Part shown: positions 28,715 through 36,472 of the stretch, in pieces
Numbering within the stretch: the stretch's first letter is position 1
Layout: every line of letters begins with the position of its first letter
NCBI GenBank assembly: GCA_016840405.1
Contig: JAEOSK010000020.1
Location: forward strand, 1 to 47,983
DNA: 47,983 nt
From: Candidatus Hermodarchaeum yapensis
Lineage (GTDB): Archaea > Asgardarchaeota > Hermodarchaeia > Hermodarchaeales > Hermodarchaeaceae
Direction: 5' to 3'
The notes under the pieces: model-generated
What the model saw: only the letters and a program-made list of their open reading frames with translations
Databases searched by the model: none
What the model was told of the DNA's origin: nothing
Position numbers and translations under genes: made by a program

Positions 28715-29590
28715 TTAGTTACCTCCCAGACCAAGTTTCGCAATGAGCGAGTCGGTTTTAAGACGGTGCTTGTCTAAACCGATTTCTTGGGGTTTGAAGC
28801 CCAACCCCAATGCCATCAATTCCATCAAATTGAGCATTGGGAGATCGTAGCGAATACCTTCCCTTCTCAAAAGGAGTTGGGCTTTCTCTAATACATCAAA
28901 GCACCCCGGGCATGTTGTCACCATGCAATCTGCTTTCGCTTCTTGCATCTTATCTAATTTGAACTTAGATCGCTCTTCCATTGCCTCATCTAGGGAATAT
29001 AATGAGAGAGGAAATCCGCAACAAATCTTCTCAGCACCATAATCTACGACTTTGACTCCCAACGTATCGAGGATGTCATCGAAATATGAGACGAATTTCT
29101 CATTTGGGCTCTTGTAAAGCTTACAACCATATTGTACAGCAACTTTCACTTTTGATAGAGACTGCTTAAAGGCGTCTTTCAGTGATTTCAAGCCAATATC
29201 TTCGACAATGACCTCCAGGAAATGTTTGACTTTAATCTTGCCTTCGAATTCTTTGTTAAGAGGCGCTAGCCTGGAATTCACTTCGGTTAGAAGCTGTGTG
29301 TCATTTACCAGGTTTTCTCTGGCCTCGTAGAGGGTTTCCCAGCATCCATTGCATACGGTTAATACGTCCTTACCGATTGCTTCTGCGAGTGCAAGGTTGC
29401 GGGCTGAAACGTATAGCCATGCATCGTGGTTAGCCAATCGGACAATTTCGGGGACCGGACAGCAGGTTGCTCCTTCCATGTCAATAAGTTTCATTTTCAA
29501 ACGGGGGGCAATCCGGCGAAGTGAGGCTTCAGCAAAAGGTTGCATCGAAGGAATATAACAGCCCAAAAACAATGCATAGCTCTTCGTCAT
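28715..29590 (-). CDS. hdrB: Heterodisulfide reductase subunit B-like protein
   Basis: FLGC...CCPVP...CNGC and QYGC...CCG...CPGC (two CCG domains). Confidence 0.9.
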   Translation of the reverse strand: MTKSYALFLGCYIPSMQPFAEASLRRIAPRLKMKLIDMEGATCCPVPEIVRLANHDAWLYVSARNLALAEAIGKDVLTVCNGCWETLYEARENLVNDTQLLTEVNSRLAPLNKEFEGKIKVKHFLEVIVEDIGLKSLKDAFKQSLSKVKVAVQYGCKLYKSPNEKFVSYFDDILDTLGVKVVDYGAEKICCGFPLSLYSLDEAMEERSKFKLDKMQEAKADCMVTTCPGCFDVLEKAQLLLRREGIRYDLPMLNLMELMALGLGFKPQEIGLDKHRLKTDSLIAKLGLGGN

Positions 29591-29596
29591 TGATTA

Positions 29597-29881
29597 CTAG
29601 CCCTCATCTTCTGTCTTATCATCTCTATCGCTCCAGGTGGCCTTATCATAAAGATCAGTGTCTTTCACAAGCTTTTCAAGTTCCTCTCTTGCATCTTCAT
29701 GTTTATAGGCCGTAGGAGGCTTCCGATTAATCCCAAGTGTTTCTCGAACTTTTTCACGGGTGACTACAAGCTTTGGAACATGACCCACACGGATGATATT
29801 CTCGATTGGATCTTTGAAGGACTCAGGGAGTGTTTTCACCTTTTTCCTCCAAGGATACAAGGTGAGTTCGTCATCACTCAT
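29597..29881 (-). CDS. HdrC C-terminal-like small protein lacking Fe-S motifs
   Basis: ATG 29881 overlaps upstream stop; VGHVP...VRETLGINRKPPTAYKHEDAREELEKLVKDT resembles methanogen HdrC C-terminus; no Cys. Confidence 0.7.
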   Translation of the reverse strand: MSDDELTLYPWRKKVKTLPESFKDPIENIIRVGHVPKLVVTREKVRETLGINRKPPTAYKHEDAREELEKLVKDTDLYDKATWSDRDDKTEDEG

Positions 29882-30350
29882 CAGATTTCGCCTCCATTGT
29901 CTCTTTAGCCTCTTTTCTAGAGACAACCTGTAGAGCACCGGTGCTGCAGTATTTTGCACAACGCGGGTCCCCATCGCAAAAGTCACATTTGTAACTGATA
30001 CCCAAGGCTTTCTCAAAAATTGGGACAGAGATGGGGCAGGCGAAATTGCAGGATTTACAACCAATACATCGAAGTCGATCAATTGTCACGATTCCAGTGT
30101 CAGGGTCTCTTTTGATGGCTTTGGGTTCGGTGGGACATGCCGCTTCACAGATTGGATGTTCACAATGAGTGCAGTGGGCGTTGATGAAACTAGTGGGGTC
30201 GTTAGCGTCAGGATAAATTCGAATGTAAGCTTTGTCGAGGTCTGCTTCTTCAAAATGATAAAAGGAACACGAAATCATGCAATAGTAGCAGCCAGAACAC
30301 TTCTCTGGATTGTAAACCAGCACCTTCTGTTTCAAGAAGTCATCTGACAT
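29874..30350 (-). CDS. 4x[4Fe-4S] electron-transfer protein (HycB/CooF/DmsB-like)
   Basis: CSGCYYCMISC, CTHCEHPICEAACP, CIGCKSCNFACP, KCDFCDGDPRCAKYC. Confidence 0.93.
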   Translation of the reverse strand: MSDDFLKQKVLVYNPEKCSGCYYCMISCSFYHFEEADLDKAYIRIYPDANDPTSFINAHCTHCEHPICEAACPTEPKAIKRDPDTGIVTIDRLRCIGCKSCNFACPISVPIFEKALGISYKCDFCDGDPRCAKYCSTGALQVVSRKEAKETMEAKSDE

Positions 30351-30403
30351 TCAATTCCTTCCACAGGAGAAGATAATATGTCGGAGTACTACGCACAGTT
30401 AGC

Positions 30404-30416
30404 GCCTATAAATGTA
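30404..30416 (-). promoter_or_regulatory. Putative TATA box for group 4 hydrogenase/Hdr operon
   Basis: Minus-strand TTTATAGG about 55-60 nt upstream of ATG 30350, in an 82-nt gap. Confidence 0.4.
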
Positions 30417-30432
30417 ATAATCCGACTAATTG

Positions 30433-31713
30433 CTAAGCAGTTCTTACAAAATGCACCGAACAAGAGATGCAGGGATCATAAGCACGAATGAGCATGTTCA
30501 AACGAAGCTCGGCCTCATCTTTGGATAATTCCTGGAGGACGGGAGAAAGGGATCGTACATCAGCTTCTATGTTGGAATAATTCATGGCTGTGGGTGTAAT
30601 AACATCAGCTGCGAGAACCCTTCCGCGGGCATTAAATCTGTATTCGTGGACTAGGACACCTCGTGGAGCTTCAACTGCGACTGCACCAGAGCCTGAACGA
30701 GTTTTATAATCAACGATATCGGCATGTAGGTTCTGAGTCAGGAGGTCATCAATAATTTCGATGCTCTGGTCAAGATAATGGAGATACTCGATTGCTTGGC
30801 CCAGATTCATCTGAAAGATGTCGTAACTGGGAAGTTTCAAACCCACCTTTTTTGTCATCCGTTTCGCGTTATCCGATAGCTGATCCTTCGCAACATTTAG
30901 TCGACCAAGTGAGCCGACGACAAAGGGTTTTCCTTCAACTTCACTAAATTTCGCGTGGGCATACGGTACATTACGCTCTTTGATGAGACTAGTATATTCA
31001 GATTCAGGGACTCGTAAACCTTTATCCGTGACTAAATCTCCTTCATAAAGAGGATAGTCTTTGGCATGTTTTACGGCTAAGTATTGGCTTCGTCGAACTA
31101 GTTTCGGCTCTGCAAACATTCCCATTAATTCGATTTGGGCTTCAGCATCAGGAATCGCCTCTTGAAGTCGCTTCCGCATCGATTGTAATTGTGAGGAGGT
31201 TGGGACGTGTGTGTACCCGCCGACAACGGCACATAACGCGTGGGTATGTCGTCCGCCAATGAGTTCCATAAGGTCGTTAGCCAGTTTCTTGAGCCGAAGT
31301 GCTCGTTGGACTTCTTCTTGGTATTTAGGTAGCATTTCAATAACGTTGCGTGCTCCGACATAGTCAGGAAGAGCAAGGAAGTTGATGTGCAGAGCGTGAC
31401 TCGCTAGATTATCGCCAATAAGTTGGAGTTTGCGTAACTGGTGAGTCTGTAGGTGAGGCTCGATTTGCATAGCGGCTTCAACTGCACGTAATGCTGCAAT
31501 GGCATGTGAATGACTGCAAATTCCACAAATTCGGGACATGATATGAGAGACTTCATTATGTCCATGATCTCGGAGGAAAGCTTCGAATAAACGGGTTCCT
31601 TCGGTAATTCGCATTTCGACTCGCGGTTCTTTTCCTTCTTTGAGTTCTACAAATAGGTCGCCATGTCCTTCGACACGAGCTATATGGTGGATGTCGAACT
31701 TCGCTAGAGCCAT
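30433..31713 (-). CDS. hydA: Group 3b [NiFe]-hydrogenase (sulfhydrogenase) alpha/large subunit
   Basis: ARVEGHG, SRICGICSHSH, AYDPCISCSVH. Confidence 0.95.
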   Translation of the reverse strand: MALAKFDIHHIARVEGHGDLFVELKEGKEPRVEMRITEGTRLFEAFLRDHGHNEVSHIMSRICGICSHSHAIAALRAVEAAMQIEPHLQTHQLRKLQLIGDNLASHALHINFLALPDYVGARNVIEMLPKYQEEVQRALRLKKLANDLMELIGGRHTHALCAVVGGYTHVPTSSQLQSMRKRLQEAIPDAEAQIELMGMFAEPKLVRRSQYLAVKHAKDYPLYEGDLVTDKGLRVPESEYTSLIKERNVPYAHAKFSEVEGKPFVVGSLGRLNVAKDQLSDNAKRMTKKVGLKLPSYDIFQMNLGQAIEYLHYLDQSIEIIDDLLTQNLHADIVDYKTRSGSGAVAVEAPRGVLVHEYRFNARGRVLAADVITPTAMNYSNIEADVRSLSPVLQELSKDEAELRLNMLIRAYDPCISCSVHFVRTA

Positions 31714-32495
31714 TCTATGTTTAACCTCCGTTTCAGTTGCTTCATGAACTCTTCTGCTGAGGCGTTAAACATTCGGAATTTCCGAACCACCAAGTCAAAA
31801 CTCGCGCCTTTCTGAGAGAACATGTCAATCTCAGATTCCACATTCGCCTGAGGCACCGGACCCCAACATCCTTCACATGGGAAACCTAAACTAGGACATA
31901 GGGCTCCACACCCAGCTCGCGTTATGGGCCCCAAGCACAGTTCTCCCTCTTTCATCAAGCAGACATTCTCTTTCATGCGACACTCAACACAAACCGCATA
32001 GTTCTTTTCCCGTGGCTCAGCACCTGTCAAAAGTGCTGTCAAAAATTCCACAAATTCCTGACCACTAATGGGACATCCCTGTAACTCATAATCAATTTTC
32101 ACATGGGATTTTAATGGCAAAATTTGGGGAAAGGTGTTAACATGAGAAGCGTCACCATACACGCTCTGTTTGAACTCCTCGATATTTCGTCCATTTCGAA
32201 TAGCATTTACTCCTCCTGTAGTGGCACAAGCTCCCATGGCGACTAGGATCTTAGAATTCTCTCGCAGCTCTTTAAGCCGAGTGAGCTCTGCTTCATTCGT
32301 AACGGAACCTTCAACGAAGCAAACATCATATGGACCTGGATGAGTCGCGGAACTTCCCATCCGAAATTGGACCAAATTGATATGTCCCAATATATCAAGT
32401 AGGTCATCTTCGAGGTTAAGGATTTCCAATTGACACCCAGCACAACAAGTCAACCCATAGAGGGCCACTACTGGTTTTGGTTTCCCTGTAGACAT
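31704..32495 (-). CDS. hydD: Group 3b hydrogenase delta/small subunit
   Basis: LTCCAGCQ, VEGSV, GACATTGG, QGCPI, CVEC, CLGPITRAGCGALCP. Confidence 0.93.
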   Translation of the reverse strand: MSTGKPKPVVALYGLTCCAGCQLEILNLEDDLLDILGHINLVQFRMGSSATHPGPYDVCFVEGSVTNEAELTRLKELRENSKILVAMGACATTGGVNAIRNGRNIEEFKQSVYGDASHVNTFPQILPLKSHVKIDYELQGCPISGQEFVEFLTALLTGAEPREKNYAVCVECRMKENVCLMKEGELCLGPITRAGCGALCPSLGFPCEGCWGPVPQANVESEIDMFSQKGASFDLVVRKFRMFNASAEEFMKQLKRRLNIEWL

Positions 32496-32519
32496 AACAG
32501 ACTCTCCTTAGGTCTTCGT

Positions 32520-33377
32520 TTATACCGCACCTCGCTGAGTCTTGGCTTCTTTATAGCTGAACACAGGACCATCTTGACAGACAAATTTGGATCCAACCAG
32601 ACAATGACTACAATGCCCGACACCGCATTTCATCCGACGCTCTAAGGATAAATAAACACGGTCATCAGGCAAGCCAATTTTTTCCAACTCCCGCATGACA
32701 AATTTATACATAATTGGAGGTCCGCAGACCAGTGCGTAGGTGTCTTTAGGTGAAATCGTGATTCGGTCAAAAAGGATCGTCACTACTCCGATATTTCCTG
32801 CCCAACAGTGTTCATCATCTCGGTCAACGGTTGCAACGTATTCGACATCACGACGATTATCCCAGATGTATAACTCGTCTTTGAAGAGGAGTTCTTCTGG
32901 ACATCGGGCACCGTACATGATTTGAAGTGTACCGTAATCGTCACGGTTTTCAAGAATGTCTAGAATTGCCGGTCGGAGAGGAACCAATCCAATTCCTCCT
33001 CCAATGATAACGACATTTTTTCCTTTCAGTTTCTCCATGGGCCATCCGTGCCCAAAGGGTCCACGCAATCCAACGATGCTATCCTGTGCGAGATTCTGAA
33101 GTGCATTGGTGAGGCTTCCGACCGAACGGATGCAGAAATCAAATGAACCCGTCTGATTCGGGGATGAGCAGATCCCAAATGGTGCTTCTCCATGGCCAAA
33201 TAATGATAAGAGCATGAATTGGCCGGGAATGAAGTTGAACTGCTTTTGTTGGTCTTTATTGACATATTCAACGGTGTAAAGGTTTGTATCTGGAGTCTGA
33301 GGAGTAACCCTTACAATGCGAGCCATGTTGTATTGGTAAGCGTTTTTTTCTGTACGAGTTGCAGTAGACTGAGTCAC
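32520..33377 (-). CDS. hydG: Group 3b hydrogenase gamma subunit (FAD/NAD(P)-binding, 2Fe-2S)
   Basis: PGQF, GEAPF, RGPFGHG, GGGIGLVP, VCGPPIM, LERRMKCGVGHCSHC. Confidence 0.93.
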   Translation of the reverse strand: MTQSTATRTEKNAYQYNMARIVRVTPQTPDTNLYTVEYVNKDQQKQFNFIPGQFMLLSLFGHGEAPFGICSSPNQTGSFDFCIRSVGSLTNALQNLAQDSIVGLRGPFGHGWPMEKLKGKNVVIIGGGIGLVPLRPAILDILENRDDYGTLQIMYGARCPEELLFKDELYIWDNRRDVEYVATVDRDDEHCWAGNIGVVTILFDRITISPKDTYALVCGPPIMYKFVMRELEKIGLPDDRVYLSLERRMKCGVGHCSHCLVGSKFVCQDGPVFSYKEAKTQRGAV

Positions 33378-33381
33378 CTAA

Positions 33382-34455
33382 CTAGTTCCCTCCTTTTTGG
33401 ATATCTGAAAGCAATTCAATCATATCGATGTCTGCAGGACAAGCCCGTGTGCACCGTCCGCAGCCTACACAGCCAATCTGATTGATTTGTTCTGGTTCTA
33501 TCCAGAATTTATGGTAAATGCGGAATCTCACTCGCGATGGGATAGTTGGTCGGAAATTGTGACCACCAGCAACGAGAGCAAAGTCAACGAGTTGACATGA
33601 ATCCCATTTTCGCACTCGTGCCCCTTCTTTGAGATTCAATTCTACCCGGTCACTAACATCAAAGCAGAAACATGTTGGACACACCATGGTACAGGCGCCG
33701 CATCCAAAGCATCGTCTCCCGAGGCGATTCCACATTTCAGCTTCGTAGCTTGCGTCAAATTGACTGGGAATTTCTTCAAAGCTATCAAGAGGATCTGGGA
33801 AGGTTTGATTCCGTTGGGTTAGGGTCTTTTTGACTAGTTTTGTCTGTTCTGTTGATGCAGGTGAAAACAGGATTTTACAAAATTCGACGACTTTCCTTCC
33901 AGTTTCAGTTAATACGTCCACATAGTAGGTGTTATCCAATTCAGTTAGCATGAGGTCTGCACTGTCAGTAGTGTGGAGGGTGCCTGCTGATTTACAGAAA
34001 CTGTCCTCACATGGCAATAAGCAATTCAACCCAATGATAATACCTTCTTCTCGGCGACGAGTACGATACGGATCTGGATATATCTGTGTCAAAATGAGAT
34101 CATGAAATTTAATTGCAGCAAGATCGCAGGAATGCACTCCAAAAACGAGGAATCGCTTTCCATTCCATAATGATTCAATATCGCTTTGGGCAAGGGTGTC
34201 ATGTATTGTGAGTGTGGGGCTTTGAGAAAAAGTCACCATATCCTCTGTGGGTGGAATGAAGAACTTCTTAGGCGGAAGAATAGTTGTGTCATAATCCAAG
34301 CGAAGCTGTGAACCATCTGTGATAGTATCAAACTTGAATTGGGATTGATTCGCAACCGGACCATACACCGTGAGAACTTGGGTGAGCTGCCGGACAAGTT
34401 TCGGAATATCTTTCTTCTTCAGTATGAGTGCAGCAACTTTCTTTTTCGGAGGCAC
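33382..34455 (-). CDS. hydB: Group 3b hydrogenase beta subunit (AsrA-like Fe-S)
   Basis: PPKKFF, GVHSCD, CFGCGACTMVCPTCFC, WDSC, CVGCGRCTRACP. Confidence 0.93.
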   Translation of the reverse strand: MPPKKKVAALILKKKDIPKLVRQLTQVLTVYGPVANQSQFKFDTITDGSQLRLDYDTTILPPKKFFIPPTEDMVTFSQSPTLTIHDTLAQSDIESLWNGKRFLVFGVHSCDLAAIKFHDLILTQIYPDPYRTRRREEGIIIGLNCLLPCEDSFCKSAGTLHTTDSADLMLTELDNTYYVDVLTETGRKVVEFCKILFSPASTEQTKLVKKTLTQRNQTFPDPLDSFEEIPSQFDASYEAEMWNRLGRRCFGCGACTMVCPTCFCFDVSDRVELNLKEGARVRKWDSCQLVDFALVAGGHNFRPTIPSRVRFRIYHKFWIEPEQINQIGCVGCGRCTRACPADIDMIELLSDIQKGGN

Positions 34456-34696
34456 ATAATCCACCCAGTCCACACATGTTAGTGTCTTCAGAGCTGTTCG
34501 CTAACAACCTTGTGTGCTTAAAATGTCTTAGGGTAATTCAACATAGGGGTTTTTTGCCTTTCCGAAATCACCAAAGGGCATTTATAAGCAAGGTCGTGAG
34601 CGTAAAAGACATAAAATGCCAGTTAGATTTTTTATTTTTAGTTAACCGAGTAATAACTGCTCTCCACATTGGAGGGCTTGGAAAGGGAACTAGGAA

Positions 34697-35653
34697 TTGA
34701 ATGTTTTCAAACGCAAAGCATTAGTAAGTACGATAAGTCTCGTGTTTGTGCTCTCGGTATTCATTTTACCAATACAACTTGGCGCAAACATTTCCTACGT
34801 GCAAACACGCAACACAATTGCTGTTGTCCAGACTAGCTCAGACAGCGCAATTGCCAAATCAATCGAAGAGATGAACCTTACTCGGTTCAATCACCCTATG
34901 GTCTTCATCCAAGTAAAATCTCCAGCTATCCTTCAGTCAATTGCTCAAAATAGCAAATACCTAATAACAATTTATGTCGGACATGGGAATCCAGAAGGTT
35001 TGAAAGTTGGTGCTAGCACCGTGTCATGGTCCAGCTTGAATGACTGGATAGAAAATACTGAACTGACTTTTAGTATTATCGTTTCTTGTTATAGCCGTGA
35101 AGCTGTGCCATTTGAATCGCGAAAGAGTTTCGGATTTCCAGGAGTTGTGGATAGCCGTATTGCTGGGCTGTTTACACAAATTCTGATTGCAGGCCTTTTG
35201 AATATCCTTGATGTGGTCCAGATACTGCTCGCGAAGTTCTTCACCAGCGAATTCCTTGCATTGATTCTCAATCCTCAACTGCCTCTTGCTTGGGGACCAT
35301 GGAGTGATTGGATGACGAATGAAGCTCTTAACACCATAATGACTGGTGCATTGTGGATGATTCTTGCTGCTGGTATCGTAGCGTTCCTGATTTTCATTGG
35401 ACCATATATACTCATATACCTACCAGAATTGGCGTGGCTTGTATACCTGTTAGGAACTAGTTTTGGTGCTTGGCTTTTTGGAGGAATAGTTGGCATACTT
35501 GGAGCCGTTTGCGCTAAACTAGAACTGTGGTATAGAACAAGATACGACTCTGAAACTCACCTGTTCTGGGACCAAGCGTTCTTTGCACTTAAAAGTTTAA
35601 TCTTCCACTTTTACTATTGGTATTCACCAGTTGTAGAGAATATACATTATTAG
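34697..35653 (+). CDS. Secreted protein with caspase-hemoglobinase-fold His/Cys motifs and hydrophobic C-terminal domain
   Basis: Signal peptide; IYVGHGNPEGL and IIVSCYS; Gly/Ala-rich hydrophobic helices in the last ~120 aa. Confidence 0.65.
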   Translation: MNVFKRKALVSTISLVFVLSVFILPIQLGANISYVQTRNTIAVVQTSSDSAIAKSIEEMNLTRFNHPMVFIQVKSPAILQSIAQNSKYLITIYVGHGNPEGLKVGASTVSWSSLNDWIENTELTFSIIVSCYSREAVPFESRKSFGFPGVVDSRIAGLFTQILIAGLLNILDVVQILLAKFFTSEFLALILNPQLPLAWGPWSDWMTNEALNTIMTGALWMILAAGIVAFLIFIGPYILIYLPELAWLVYLLGTSFGAWLFGGIVGILGAVCAKLELWYRTRYDSETHLFWDQAFFALKSLIFHFYYWYSPVVENIHY

Positions 35654-35684
35654 ACTTGGTAAGCCAAAGGTTTGGGTGAAAAAA

Positions 35685-36068
35685 ATGACAGAAACTCAAC
35701 CAAAGGTCTTTCTCAGTAATCGGATTTTCCGAAGTCTAATTCTAGTAGCAATGATTCTTCTTTTTGGAGGAATTATTCTAGCTATCCTCTTAGGAACGCT
35801 TTGGGTAATTGCTGTGGGATTACTATTTGCTCCTTTAATACTATTAGCTGTTTACATTGACCGTTCAAAATATCAGGCTCTCTGGTGGATTTATACTTTT
35901 ATTTGCCTTTTTGCGTTCATCATAGTTGCGACATATTTTGGACAAGCGTGGACATACCCTGGTCTTTATCCAATAGTAGTGCTTCCATTTTCTCTAATTG
36001 TGCTATCGAGTTGGTTCGTAATTGGTCTAACAGGAGAAAAATATATCAAACCAAGACGGGGTCACTAG
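35685..36068 (+). CDS. Small 4-TM membrane protein
   Basis: Four hydrophobic helices; directly downstream of preceding gene; followed by a T-rich terminator-like tract. Confidence 0.75.
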   Translation: MTETQPKVFLSNRIFRSLILVAMILLFGGIILAILLGTLWVIAVGLLFAPLILLAVYIDRSKYQALWWIYTFICLFAFIIVATYFGQAWTYPGLYPIVVLPFSLIVLSSWFVIGLTGEKYIKPRRGH

Positions 36069-36472
36069 TACCCCGTTTCTTTTTTTAATAACACATACAC
36101 CAACTCATTTCATGAATACATCAGATATAAAAAATATAACAGTGAAATATGCCTCAGTGGTTATTGGAATATTTCTTATTCAAAACAAGTTTTAATTTGA
36201 CTTTCTCGTTTCGGGATAAAAATCGTGAGTTCTTCTATGGTGCGTTCACACTTTTTCTTTTTTCGACCCCAGCAATACCACCAACCCAACATTTCACATG
36301 TTCTCCATTCCCATAACTCTCTTCAATTAGATATACCACAGTTGTTGTGATTTTTTCGATTTTCAAGAAGGAAAAAATTTAACGCAGTATCCACCATAAA
36401 AGACATAATTAGGCATCACCTTAAAGAGCAGGGATTGTGAAGCCATCAACCCAACCTAGCGAGGGATATTCA

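Noticed and set aside
28715-29590. Evidence for methanogenesis
   Set aside because: HdrB alone is not diagnostic, and no mcr, mtr or methyltransferase genes are in the window.
29882-30082. N-terminal 67 aa of the listed 161-aa ORF, or a frameshift fusing the Fe-S protein to the HdrC tail
   Set aside because: It overlaps the genuine 4Fe-4S gene in another frame and has no motif. ATG 29881 overlapping the upstream stop is ordinary translational coupling, and no slippery site is evident.
22624-34455. Selenocysteine recoding in hydrogenase/Hdr subunits
   Set aside because: All expected ligand positions are Cys (DPCISC, DPCMAC, CNNC) and the ORFs are full length without internal TGA.
36069-36436. 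AT-rich 370-bp intergenic gap as possible origin, CRISPR leader or ncRNA
   Set aside because: No repeats, ORB-like boxes, adjacent cdc6/cas genes or convincing stems were seen; terminator plus promoter sequence is sufficient explanation.
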